In this document: positions 46,387-55,177 of the stretch, in pieces | Layout: each line of letters begins with the position of its first letter | Numbering within the stretch: position 1 is the stretch's first letter | NCBI GenBank assembly: GCA_964652615.1 | Contig: CAZZAT010000001.1 | Location: 87,081 to 151,080 of the forward strand | From: an uncultured Candidatus Saccharibacteria bacterium | Lineage (GTDB): Bacteria; Patescibacteriota; Minisyncoccia; Phycocordibacterales; Phycocordibacteraceae | DNA: 64,000 nt | Direction of reading: 5' to 3' | Position numbers and translations under genes: made by a program | Notes under the pieces: generated by a model | What the model was told of the DNA's origin: nothing | What the model saw: the letters and a program-made list of their open reading frames with translations, nothing else | The model's database searches: none

Positions 46387-46418
46387 GCTGGCTGTCTGGG
46401 ACGCTGTTGGAACCTTTT
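46387..46418 (+). repeat. Island motif copy 5 (consensus)
   Basis: GCTGGCTGTCTGGGACGCTGTTGGAACCTTTT, beginning directly after the P3 terminator U-tract. Confidence 0.85.
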
Positions 46419-46457
46419 GGACACATGTGGTAGGGTCTGTCCAGAACTAAGGAGGCG

Positions 46458-46739
46458 ATGATGCCAATCAAACATGTGTTCGAGAAGATCAAAGAGCTTA
46501 CACCTGCAGGCATACAGGGAGGTGAGGTCGTTCTGGAAGACGGGACTAAGTTCCGCCTTCCGGTCGAAGCCAGCCTAGAATACGGCCTCTTGCGAGTAGG
46601 CTACAGCGTCCTGCTCGATTTCGATCACTACGAAGACACCAACATCATCTATATGCATGTCTTCCGTCTCGGCAGGCATGTCACTAATCTGGGTTTCGAT
46701 CGTGAAAATGTTCCAATCGAATCACCGGTTCTTGCTTAA
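46458..46739 (+). CDS. Island orphan protein P4 (93 aa)
   Basis: Strong Shine-Dalgarno TAAGGAGG before the ATG; no recognisable domain; terminator GGCGGTCA-GAAA-TGACCGCC with U-tract follows at 46748-46774. Confidence 0.55.
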   Translation: MMPIKHVFEKIKELTPAGIQGGEVVLEDGTKFRLPVEASLEYGLLRVGYSVLLDFDHYEDTNIIYMHVFRLGRHVTNLGFDRENVPIESPVLA

Positions 46740-46846
46740 ACCAAACAGGCGGTCAGAAATGACCGCCTTTCTTTATGCTGGCATTTTAGGATTCGAACCT
46801 ACACTTGTGTACCTCTTGGGGACAGCTGTTTTGCTAGCCTTGAGGC

Positions 46847-47440
46847 ATGCGCGCAAGCACCCAACGGCTGTTATTTGATACCGGAACCTCACTTCCAAAC
46901 GGATTGGTGTATCGTCCCGATTTCATTACGGAAGAAGAGGAAGCGGAGCTTTTAGGATACTTTACCGATTTGCCCTTCTCGCACTCACGGCTCGGGGAAT
47001 ACATAGCGAAGCGGCGGGTCATAGGGTTCGGGTGGGGATACGACTTCCGCGAAAGAAAGCTTATTCCTGGACCACCTCTTCCGCCCTTCCTACAGCCGCT
47101 TCAAAGAAAGATAGCGAAGTGGCTTGATATACCCGTGTCACGTGTCGCTGAAGCGCTGATTACGGAATACCCTGCAGGAACAGGCATCGGCTGGCATAAG
47201 GATAATGAAAAGTTCGAACATATCGTCGGCGTATCTCTTGGAAGCTTTGCAACGTTCAGACTGCGCCCGCTCTCGCCTCGCACGAGAAGAGCGAAGCGCA
47301 ATCCAAGAGAGGTCGTGAGTATTTCGGTTGAGCCTCGAAGCGCGTATCTTATGCAAAAAGCTGCACGTCATGACTACCAGCACTCTGTGCGCAAAGTAGG
47401 GGCGCTTCGCTACTCTATTACCTTTCGCACACTTCCCTAG
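46847..47440 (+). CDS. alkB: Alpha-ketoglutarate-dependent dioxygenase AlkB (oxidative DNA/RNA demethylase)
   Basis: N-terminal LFD...LPNGLVYRPDFITEEEE, Fe(II)/2OG ligands IGWHKDNE...H...RYSITFR. Confidence 0.75.
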   Translation: MRASTQRLLFDTGTSLPNGLVYRPDFITEEEEAELLGYFTDLPFSHSRLGEYIAKRRVIGFGWGYDFRERKLIPGPPLPPFLQPLQRKIAKWLDIPVSRVAEALITEYPAGTGIGWHKDNEKFEHIVGVSLGSFATFRLRPLSPRTRRAKRNPREVVSISVEPRSAYLMQKAARHDYQHSVRKVGALRYSITFRTLP

Positions 47441-48879
47441 CCAAGCGCGAGCGTGTCATCGATACGTATCTTTGCGACAAATTCAGGAACGTGCGACACC
47501 ACAACCATTGCGCCCTCGTATGTATTGAGTGCTTCTGCAATGACCGGCAAGTGTCTGAAGTTTATATGGTTCGTCGGCTCATCAAGAAGCAGGAGGCCCG
47601 GACGAAGCAGGACGAGTTGCGCGAACGCAACGAGTCCTTTCTGACCTTCAGAGAGCGTGCCTACTTTGTTTTTCATGAGGTCGGCGTTCAAAAGAAAGCC
47701 CGCTGCAACGCTTCGCAGTCGCTCTTCGTCGGGTTTTTTCATAACAGAAGCAAGCGCTTCGTAGACAGTGTGCGAGAAATCAAGAGTCGAAAAGTCTTGG
47801 CGGTAGTAGCCGACGACAACGCCGTTTGCGATAGCGGTGCCTTCATTTCTTGCAATAGACTCAAGCAGCGTGCTCTTGCCGATGCCGTTTGGTCCTGAAA
47901 GAAGAAGGTGGGTGTTTTTCTTCAAACGCACCTCGACCTTCTTCTTCGAGGGCTTATGGTTTCGTACGACCTGCACCTCATCAAGCGAAAGAAGCACGCC
48001 GGTTAAATCAGGCTGCGCCGGAATGATAAAGGGGCGGATGGTCTTGTCTTCTTTGCGCACATCTACCTTCTCCTCTTCCATTTCCTCTACCTTGGCGCGC
48101 ATCTTTTTTGCAACGACACGCATCTTACCCCCCTTCTGGGCGAAAAAGTTCGCCTTGTCCTTATTCTCCTGTATTTCTTTGGCAAGCTGCGCATTCTTGC
48201 GGTTCTCGCGCTCGATACGCGCCGCAATATCCTTCACCACATCATGATACGTGCCGTTGTACTGCTCTATCTTCTTCGTGTACGCGTCGAGGTAGAGGAC
48301 GCCGTCTGAAAACGAGTTCAGAAATTCCGCATCGTGGGAAATCACGAGGCAGGTTTTCTTATATCCCTTCAGAAAATCAGTAAGATGCTCTATGCCCTCC
48401 GCATCAAGGTTGTTAGTGGGTTCGTCGAGAAGCAAAAGATCGGGGTTCTGGATGAGCGCGCTTGCAAGCAAAAGGCGCGCTTGCTGGCCGCCTGAAAACG
48501 AACGTACTGTTCTTTCAAGCGGAGCTTTGAGATGCACGACCTCGAGCACCTCTGCTATGCGCTTCTCGATGTCGTATATCTTTTCCTTGAAGCAGGCCTC
48601 GAAAAATTGGAGGATGGTGTTATCAAGCCGCTCGCGCGGAACTACTTGGGACGCAAGCGCGATGCTTGTTCCTTGGGCAATGAGCACTCTGCCGCCTTCT
48701 GGAGTGTAGGCGCCCGTGATGAGATTCAGTATCGTGCTCTTGCCTGCACCATTCTGCCCCATGATGGTGACTTTTGCGCCGCGACGCACCGAAAAATCCA
48801 CTTCGTCGAGAAGCGGCTTTGAGGGATGGTATTCGAAGCTAACGCCTTCGAAGCGCACGAGGGTGCTTTCTCTCGACAT
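47437..48879 (-). CDS. ABC-F family ATPase (two tandem ABC domains, no TM domain)
   Basis: Two Walker A sites (GQNGAGKST and GPNGIGKST), two LSGGQ signatures and an inter-domain linker. Confidence 0.85.
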   Translation of the reverse strand: MSRESTLVRFEGVSFEYHPSKPLLDEVDFSVRRGAKVTIMGQNGAGKSTILNLITGAYTPEGGRVLIAQGTSIALASQVVPRERLDNTILQFFEACFKEKIYDIEKRIAEVLEVVHLKAPLERTVRSFSGGQQARLLLASALIQNPDLLLLDEPTNNLDAEGIEHLTDFLKGYKKTCLVISHDAEFLNSFSDGVLYLDAYTKKIEQYNGTYHDVVKDIAARIERENRKNAQLAKEIQENKDKANFFAQKGGKMRVVAKKMRAKVEEMEEEKVDVRKEDKTIRPFIIPAQPDLTGVLLSLDEVQVVRNHKPSKKKVEVRLKKNTHLLLSGPNGIGKSTLLESIARNEGTAIANGVVVGYYRQDFSTLDFSHTVYEALASVMKKPDEERLRSVAAGFLLNADLMKNKVGTLSEGQKGLVAFAQLVLLRPGLLLLDEPTNHINFRHLPVIAEALNTYEGAMVVVSHVPEFVAKIRIDDTLALG

Positions 48880-48913
48880 GAGTACCCACCGTAGCGCACT
48901 TTCGCGTTTGTTC

Positions 48914-49606
48914 CTAGCGCATCTCGCGTATGCGTTCTTGGAGCACTTTCACTATCGCCGTAAGGGAACGTATGAGCTCTTCGTTCGTGAACGAACCGCT
49001 GATGCGCGGATAGGGGTCCTGCGCCGTGCGCCCATCGCGTATCTCAAAATGAAGGTGCGGCGTCCCGCCAGAGGCGTTGCCGGTATTTCCGACATAGCCG
49101 ATAAGGTCTCCTGCTTTTAAGACCGTACCGCTCTTTACCCCGTCAGCAATTGCATCGAGATGCATGTAGCGGAAGCTTTCGCCGCCTGGGTTCGCTGTAT
49201 ATACGTAGACTCCTGCCGATCCTCCCTTTCCTGTTCTCGTGACAACTGCATCGGTGGGAGAAACAACGAAGGCGCCGCGCGCAGCAATAATGTCCTGCCC
49301 TTCGTGGCTTCGTGCGCCTCCGTCTCGCGGATCGCCAAAGTCTGAGTAGATCTTTGCATACGGCACGAAAAGGACTGGCACCGGCATGCGCTCCACCACA
49401 TCGTCATCAAGGTTGTTTATGGCTCTTTGGGTTGTGCGACTGTAGCGCTCGCGCGAGAAGCGCGTCTCGCGTTCTTTCACCTCTTCTTCATCGTCTTCAA
49501 GATGGTTTACGTAATACCCGACGGGAGGGGTCTGCGCTTGTACAGGAAGCGGAGCGGAACCCGCAAGCACAAGGAGGGCGAGCGCTCCGGCGAAGTATGT
49601 GTTCAT
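48914..49606 (-). CDS. M23/LytM-family peptidoglycan endopeptidase (secreted)
   Basis: Signal peptide MNTYFAGALALLVLAGSAPLPVQA (start moved to 49606); HEGQDI and GYVGNTGNASGGTPHLHFEIR motifs. Confidence 0.8.
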   Translation of the reverse strand: MNTYFAGALALLVLAGSAPLPVQAQTPPVGYYVNHLEDDEEEVKERETRFSRERYSRTTQRAINNLDDDVVERMPVPVLFVPYAKIYSDFGDPRDGGARSHEGQDIIAARGAFVVSPTDAVVTRTGKGGSAGVYVYTANPGGESFRYMHLDAIADGVKSGTVLKAGDLIGYVGNTGNASGGTPHLHFEIRDGRTAQDPYPRISGSFTNEELIRSLTAIVKVLQERIREMR

Positions 49607-49640
49607 GGCTTTGAAGATAGACGAGGCATGCGCCCCAGTG

Positions 49641-50186
49641 TTACCGCACGCGAAGTGTCTCAAGTATCTGTTCGTATGCAGAACGGATAGGGTCTGCGGG
49701 AGAGAAATACGTTACGGATACTGCAACAACCCAGTCTTCATGAAGAAACGCTGTGGTCTCACCCTCATAGAGGCCTGACCAACCGTAATGGACAGCTTCT
49801 TTTCCTGCAGCCGTCGTTGAAGCGTAGGTGCCGTCGGACAGATGGAAGTTCGAACGAGGCGAAGCAAGCCAATCGGAAAGCGTGAAGTCTTCTGACGCAG
49901 GCACGAACTCGAGCGTAACAGCGGTAGGACCTTCGCCTGCGCCTATTACCGGAACAGCGTCTTCTTCGCGTATAAGCGTCACCGCGTAGCTTCCTTCTCC
50001 TGTTTCTCCTTCAGAGAGAAGGTAGCCTGCAGGATACGCAAAAGACACGCCGTAGGTGCCGTTTGCATACAGACTCGTACCAACCGCGGAAGGCGTTTCC
50101 GGAAGGGGCGCCGGAGCACTTAAAAATAGGTACGCTGCTGCGGACAGAGCGAGCGCTATAACAATGCCAAGGACGACGGGTTTCAT
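49641..50186 (-). CDS. Hypothetical exported protein (181 aa)
   Basis: N-terminal signal anchor MKPVVLGIVIALALSAAAYLF (start moved to 50186); no recognised domain. Confidence 0.5.
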   Translation of the reverse strand: MKPVVLGIVIALALSAAAYLFLSAPAPLPETPSAVGTSLYANGTYGVSFAYPAGYLLSEGETGEGSYAVTLIREEDAVPVIGAGEGPTAVTLEFVPASEDFTLSDWLASPRSNFHLSDGTYASTTAAGKEAVHYGWSGLYEGETTAFLHEDWVVAVSVTYFSPADPIRSAYEQILETLRVR

Positions 50187-50200
50187 ATCCTTTAAGTGTA

Positions 50201-50719
50201 TCAGAGCTTTCGAGAGTCGTACGCCCAGTGCAGTAGCGCCTGACGTTGTACCTTCCGACAAGAAAGATCCCCTCTCCTGCAGCCAAGACGCACCTGGTGC
50301 GCGTGGCGCAAGAAAGCTTTCCATCGCCGTATCTGGCGCATATCTTCTTCAGGCAAGCGTCGGTCTCGGTAGTAGCGGCAGTACCACTGAAACCAGCCGC
50401 GCGGGTCATCCTTATAAATCCAACCCTTCGCGCGCCAGACCGAGAGCGGCTGCGAAGCCTTCACTCCGAAATAATTCAAAGAGCACTCTCCTTTCTTTCC
50501 TTGCGCGAGCTTTGCGCGCGCATACCACGATGCAGGAAATTCTTCCGTGCAGTCTCTAAGGTACTTTCCGCAAAAGATGCCGAGAGAAAGCATCTCTTTG
50601 GGCGAAAGCATCGGCTTGAAGTCGGGATGGAAGTTTCTTCCTTCAGGTTCGGTAAGGTGATAGGTATATCCCTTCTGCATCGTGTCGTGCACCGTAACTT
50701 GTACGGGAGTTCGTCTCAT
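50201..50719 (-). CDS. Hypothetical basic Cys/Trp/Tyr-rich protein (172 aa)
   Basis: ORF with eight Cys and many Trp/Tyr/Arg residues; no recognised domain; its 5' end overlaps the divergent TspO ORF-track start. Confidence 0.45.
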   Translation of the reverse strand: MRRTPVQVTVHDTMQKGYTYHLTEPEGRNFHPDFKPMLSPKEMLSLGIFCGKYLRDCTEEFPASWYARAKLAQGKKGECSLNYFGVKASQPLSVWRAKGWIYKDDPRGWFQWYCRYYRDRRLPEEDMRQIRRWKAFLRHAHQVRLGCRRGDLSCRKVQRQALLHWAYDSRKL

Positions 50720-50741
50720 GCGCGGATGCTATCATGCCCTT

Positions 50742-51185
50742 ATGGATTTCTTCTACTGGCTCACGCACCAGTTTTCCCAGGAAGGAGCGGTCGCCTACGG
50801 CGTCTGGTATGCCCTTCTTGAAAAACCCTTCTTCGCTCCCCCTCCTGCAGTTTTCGGCATTGCCTGGGGCATTGTATATCCGCTCATATTCCTTGCGTTC
50901 CTTTGGACGCTCTATCTTTATTATAAAAAGCATGCGGTATCGCGGGGATTCGTGTGGCTTTTCATTCTGAATCTCGCGCTCAATCTCTCGTTCACAGCAA
51001 CGGCGCTTGCAACCAAAAATAACGTGCTCGCCTCGCTCCATATCCTTCTTGTGCTCGGCACATTGTCTTGGCTCATGCTGCGCGCATGGAAAAGCTCGCG
51101 CACGGTCTTTGTGCTTCTTGTACCGTATCTGCTCTGGGGCGCTTTCGCCTCTTTGCTTCAGCTTTCTATTACGGCGATGAATTAG
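50742..51185 (+). CDS. TspO/MBR family (tryptophan-rich sensory) membrane protein
   Basis: KPFFAPPPAVFGIAWGIVYPLIFLAF signature with five TM helices; start moved to MDFFYWL to avoid overlap with the divergent gene. Confidence 0.68.
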   Translation: MDFFYWLTHQFSQEGAVAYGVWYALLEKPFFAPPPAVFGIAWGIVYPLIFLAFLWTLYLYYKKHAVSRGFVWLFILNLALNLSFTATALATKNNVLASLHILLVLGTLSWLMLRAWKSSRTVFVLLVPYLLWGAFASLLQLSITAMN

Positions 51186-51363
51186 CGGGAGCTACGCGCA
51201 TAACCTGTCCCTCCTCCACCTTAAGACTCTTCCCTGCTTCAAGAGTGCCTTTCCCATACGGAGCAGGTTCTGCTTGCGAAGACATAAAGAGCACATACGC
51301 GCCCACACAAAGCGCTACAAGTATGGCGAGTACCATAGCGGCAAGAGAGGCGTTCATAAGCAT
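51169..51363 (-). CDS. Possible small membrane protein (64 aa)
   Basis: One TM helix; weak support. Confidence 0.3.
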   Translation of the reverse strand: MLMNASLAAMVLAILVALCVGAYVLFMSSQAEPAPYGKGTLEAGKSLKVEEGQVMRVAPANSSP

Positions 51364-51435
51364 CTAGTATAGTTCCGGCTCCGCCACTCTCGCAATGGTA
51401 GTATGGAAAGGTATTGCTAATTAATTTCATACGGC

Positions 51436-52056
51436 ATGAAAAAACTTATTGGAGCAGTAGTAATCCTCGCGCTTGTAGCTCTAGGCGCATGGTATGTGCT
51501 AGGACAGCGCGATGAGAGTCTGGTGAGCGAAAAGGATGCAGTGCTCGTTGAAGACCAGCAGCCTGGCGACACGACTATTGTCACGTATGCAAAGCTCTCG
51601 CAAACTGGATACGTTGCAGTGTATGCAACTGATGCGTCTGGAAACACAACGCTTCTTGGCACAAGCGATCTGCTCGCCGCAGGAGAACATCGGAACGTAC
51701 CCGTGCGCCACAGCACGGGGGCTGCACACAGCGGCACCATTACCGGACGCGTTATCGCTGACGACGGCGACGGAACCTTCAATGAAGGAGCAGACACCGC
51801 CGTACTCGCAGAAGATTCAGGCGAAGCATCAGCAGATGCAGAGCTCGATCTTGGCGTTTCAGACGAAGACCTTGCCGAGCTTCTTGAGGGCGCAGGCTAC
51901 GACGCTTCTGTAGAGACGTCGCAAGAAGATGCAGGATCCGCAGCAGGCATCGTAGAAGAAGGTACGCCAACCGAAGGATCGGGTGCAGCCGACGAGGGCG
52001 TCGACATGGAAGCAGACAGTTCTGTCGATACGGAAGTTGAAGCGGTAGTAAACTAA
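51436..52056 (+). CDS. Hypothetical membrane-anchored protein with an acidic low-complexity tail
   Basis: N-terminal TM helix, a ~100-aa ordered domain, then a D/E/G/A-rich C-terminus; terminator GAGAAACCGCCCCG-ATGCTTC-GGGGCGGTTTCTTCTGTT follows at 52067-52104. Confidence 0.5.
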   Translation: MKKLIGAVVILALVALGAWYVLGQRDESLVSEKDAVLVEDQQPGDTTIVTYAKLSQTGYVAVYATDASGNTTLLGTSDLLAAGEHRNVPVRHSTGAAHSGTITGRVIADDGDGTFNEGADTAVLAEDSGEASADAELDLGVSDEDLAELLEGAGYDASVETSQEDAGSAAGIVEEGTPTEGSGAADEGVDMEADSSVDTEVEAVVN

Positions 52057-52131
52057 TTGGTATAGAGAGAAACCGCCCCGATGCTTCGGGGCGGTTTCTT
52101 CTGTTATAGTCGCCTCATGGACGGCTACCCT

Positions 52132-52830
52132 ATGCGCATCAATAAATACCTCGCTCTGAAAGGCTACGCTACGAGGCGGGGCGCCGACGAATACATCGAA
52201 AAGAAGAAGGTCTTCATCAATGGCAGAGTAGCGAAGCTTGGCGACAAGGTCGCGGAGCATGATGTGGTTGAAGTGAGGGGCGGAGCTAAAGAAGCAGCGA
52301 AGCGCGTATACATCGCATACCACAAGCCCCGCGGCGTCGTCACGCATTCCCCAAGCGAGGGCGAAGACGATATTGGCGCGCTTCTTGCAGGGGCGCCAGA
52401 GCTTGCAGGACTCTTCCCTGTCGGACGCCTTGATAAAGATTCGAGCGGCCTCATTATTTTGACGAACGACGGTCGCATAATTGAGCGGCTACTGCATCCG
52501 CGTTTTGAGCACGAGAAAGAGTACGTCGTCACTACTGCGCGCCCACTGCGTGCGAGCTTCAAAGAATATATGGAGCCCGGCGTTGATATTGAAGGATATC
52601 GAACAAAGCCTGTGAAGGTGGAAGTGCGAGGCGCAAGCCGCTTCGCTATTATCCTTACCGAGGGCAAAAAGCATCAGGTGCGCCGCATGGTGGTCGCCAT
52701 GCACAATGAAGTGAAGACGCTCACCCGCACTCGCATTATGAATATCCGCCTCGGGAGCCTTCCTGAAGGATCCTACCGCCCTATCGAAGGAGCAGAGCTT
52801 GCAGCCTTCTTAAAGGCTCTCGGCCTTTAA
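52132..52830 (+). CDS. Pseudouridine synthase, RsuA/RluB family (S4 domain + catalytic domain)
   Basis: S4 domain (MRINKYLALKGYATRRGADEYIEKKKVFINGRV) and the catalytic GRLDKDSSGLIILTNDG motif; start moved to MRINKYL. Confidence 0.8.
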   Translation: MRINKYLALKGYATRRGADEYIEKKKVFINGRVAKLGDKVAEHDVVEVRGGAKEAAKRVYIAYHKPRGVVTHSPSEGEDDIGALLAGAPELAGLFPVGRLDKDSSGLIILTNDGRIIERLLHPRFEHEKEYVVTTARPLRASFKEYMEPGVDIEGYRTKPVKVEVRGASRFAIILTEGKKHQVRRMVVAMHNEVKTLTRTRIMNIRLGSLPEGSYRPIEGAELAAFLKALGL

Positions 52831-52918
52831 ATAAAGGACATTTGATCGAATTTGTGTATCTGTTGGGGATTTCCGGTTTCCTAATTAAAGCTATACTTAA
52901 ATAATAGTCTTAGGCGCT

Positions 52919-54013
52919 ATGGGAAATCAAAAACTACAGAAAATCGTCTCTTCTACTCTTTTTGATAGAAGAAAATCAAATAAAAGCGGTTCTTTCACTA
53001 TGATTGATCTGTTCGCAGGAATAGGAGGGATTCGTCTTGGTTTTGAAAGTATTGGGGGTGAATGTGTCTTCACTTCTGAATGGGACGAATCTGCAAAAAA
53101 AACATACCAAGCAAACTTCTCGGAGATACCCTACGGAGATATCACTCAGATAGCTCCAGAAGATATTCCATCTTTCGATATACTTCTTGCAGGCTTTCCA
53201 TGTCAGCCCTTCTCTCAAGCGGGAAGAAAACTCGGACTTGCAGATACACGTGGAACGCTATTCTTTGATATTGCCAAAATTGTTGAACACCATAAGCCAA
53301 AAGTAGTATTTCTTGAAAATGTAAAAAGGTTCAAGAGTCATGATGGAGGTAGGACTTTCAAAACTATTACTTCCATTCTTGAGGATTTTGGATACGAGAT
53401 ACATGCCAAAGTGCTCAATGCGAAAGATTTTGGAGTTCCTCAAAATAGAGAAAGAATCTATATCATAGGATTCCTTGGTAAAACGAATTTCTCTTTCCCA
53501 AAACCGTCCGGTAAGCAAACGTTATTGGGAGATATCTTGGAACAGAAACCCGATGATAAGTATACGATTTCTGATACTCTCTGGGCCGGACACCAAAGAA
53601 GGAAAAAGGAACATTTGGAGAAAGGAAACGGATTCGGATACTCCCTCTTCGATAAGAAATCCCCCTATACAAGTACGATTTCTGCACGATACTACAAAGA
53701 CGGCTCTGAAATCCTTATAAAGCAAAAAAAGGGAAACCCCAGAAAACTTACTCCTCGTGAAGCTGCCCGCCTCCAAGGTTTCCCAGATTCCTTTATTGTC
53801 TCAACAAGCGATACACAAGCATACAAACAATTCGGGAATAGTGTTGCCGTACCTGTTATAAAAGCACTCGCTAAAGAAATCAAAAAAGCTTTACTGGACA
53901 TGGAGGTCGCTTCTGGTAAGGCACAATCTATCAACTTAGACAAACTACGAGAAACGAGCGTACAGGAAGCGAGAAAGAGTATCCCTTCTCGATTAGTAGG
54001 AGTCAGTCACTAA
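52919..54013 (+). CDS. DNA (cytosine-5)-methyltransferase (type II modification enzyme)
   Basis: Motif I DLFAGIGG, motif IV GFPCQPFS, motif VI ENV and motif VIII QFGNSVAVP; low-GC coding region. Confidence 0.9.
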   Translation: MGNQKLQKIVSSTLFDRRKSNKSGSFTMIDLFAGIGGIRLGFESIGGECVFTSEWDESAKKTYQANFSEIPYGDITQIAPEDIPSFDILLAGFPCQPFSQAGRKLGLADTRGTLFFDIAKIVEHHKPKVVFLENVKRFKSHDGGRTFKTITSILEDFGYEIHAKVLNAKDFGVPQNRERIYIIGFLGKTNFSFPKPSGKQTLLGDILEQKPDDKYTISDTLWAGHQRRKKEHLEKGNGFGYSLFDKKSPYTSTISARYYKDGSEILIKQKKGNPRKLTPREAARLQGFPDSFIVSTSDTQAYKQFGNSVAVPVIKALAKEIKKALLDMEVASGKAQSINLDKLRETSVQEARKSIPSRLVGVSH

Positions 54014-54781
54014 AGAATCCCAATACTTATTATCTGCACGCCAATTAGCATACGGACGTGCGTTCCCATCATACATACCACTATCGAAAAAGATGATGCC
54101 TTTTCGAACGCCGTCAATCCATGTATTGAACGTAATGGGATTACCAAAAACTATCTTTGTGTAAACTCCATTCGCATCTTTTTGACATTTAAACCAACCT
54201 AGTTTGTTAAATTTGTCCTCAACGCGCTTTTTCATCATCTCTGCCTCCCAGACAGCAAGTATGAGGTTATCCTTCTGGAGTGGTCGTGGTACGATTTTTT
54301 GTTTATTTGGACGTTGATCTTTAGAATATGAATAGACAGCATAGATAGTTCCTTGTGCATCAACTTTCAGTTTTTGACCAAAAGAATTCCACTTATTAAT
54401 TTTTGGCGCCGGTTTCCCTGACCAAGAGTATCTATTTTCTTTTGATGAATTCGGAGCTCCGAAAATCATCAAGAATTTCTTTCGGTCGAGATTGTATTCA
54501 TTTCCTTTTCTATAGATCCGCAATTTTGCACTCGGAGACCAATCACCGAAAGTGGTTTTGCTTGTGGTGTTGTTTTTCATCTCAAATCCATCAAGATCTG
54601 GCGCGTTCCTGCCGTTATGTTTTATTCCCATTTGTTTTTCAAGCCAATGACCACCCTTGCCATCATGAGATACATGGGCCTCTGATGTATCAGGGACTTT
54701 GCCTTTCACTTTCTGAATGAAAAGCTTAACTATTCTCCGCTTAATCTGCGCAGAGGTCTCTTTCTTGATGGACTTTGCCAT
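53993..54781 (-). CDS. Putative type II restriction endonuclease partnering the m5C methyltransferase
   Basis: Convergent and 3'-overlapping (21 nt) with the methyltransferase gene; Lys/Asp/Glu-rich 262-aa protein with no other assignable function; low GC. The ORF-track start at 54799 is a TTG; ATG at 54781 (MAKSIKK) is preferred. Any resemblance to ScrFI/LlaMI-type enzymes is from memory only. Confidence 0.5.
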   Translation of the reverse strand: MAKSIKKETSAQIKRRIVKLFIQKVKGKVPDTSEAHVSHDGKGGHWLEKQMGIKHNGRNAPDLDGFEMKNNTTSKTTFGDWSPSAKLRIYRKGNEYNLDRKKFLMIFGAPNSSKENRYSWSGKPAPKINKWNSFGQKLKVDAQGTIYAVYSYSKDQRPNKQKIVPRPLQKDNLILAVWEAEMMKKRVEDKFNKLGWFKCQKDANGVYTKIVFGNPITFNTWIDGVRKGIIFFDSGMYDGNARPYANWRADNKYWDSLVTDSY

Positions 54782-54838
54782 ATACGGCGATGGTAGCAAA
54801 TATCTAAGAAATCGCCCATGGGAGCGATTTCTTAGATA

Positions 54839-55066
54839 CTATTTCTTCCAGTCGCGTATCGTAATCGTTTTAGTCTTCTCGTTTACGTCGAGCTTGAGCT
54901 TCTGGCGTTCCTTCCACTTGAAAGACTTTATAACTGCGCGCGGGAGCGTAATCGCATAGCTTGCGCCCCCGGATACTTTGGTGAGGGAGCGTATGTCGCT
55001 ATTTACTTCAGCACGGCGTCCGGATGCGGGCCGCTTTGCTTTTTTCTTGGTGGTTTTCTTTTTCAT
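54839..55066 (-). CDS. AbrB/MazE/SpoVT-fold (looped-hinge helix) DNA-binding protein, possible controller of the restriction-modification operon
   Basis: C-terminal SGGASYAITLPRAVIKSFKWKERQKLKLDVNEKTKTITI matches the swapped-hairpin AbrB/MazE domain; basic KKK-rich N-terminus; directly upstream of and co-oriented with the restriction endonuclease gene; start moved to the internal Met. Confidence 0.45.
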   Translation of the reverse strand: MKKKTTKKKAKRPASGRRAEVNSDIRSLTKVSGGASYAITLPRAVIKSFKWKERQKLKLDVNEKTKTITIRDWKK

Positions 55067-55177
55067 GCGTATAGCATAGCACTTGAAAATATGTATATTC
55101 GATGAAATAGCGCGCAGCAATTGCGCAAGATGCAAAACGGGCCCGGCTTTCGCCGGACCCGAATAGAAAAGAACGTT

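Noticed and set aside
44276-46418. CRISPR array formed by the 30-nt repeat
   Set aside because: The spacings are 350-750 bp and contain promoters, genes and terminators. The repeats are not palindromic and there are no cas genes.
44276-46802. Integron cassette array with attC sites
   Set aside because: The motif lacks the imperfect-palindrome R''/L''-L'/R' structure, each gene has its own promoter, and no intI is present in the window.
46776-46870. Complete tRNA gene upstream of alkB
   Set aside because: It has a T-arm-like GGTTCGAATCC but no complementary acceptor stem or credible anticodon arm, and the alkB start overlaps its 5' part.
53993-54799. ORF-track start of the restriction endonuclease at 54799
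   Set aside because: That start codon is TTG; the ATG at 54781 (MAKSIKK) is preferred and the gene was shortened accordingly.
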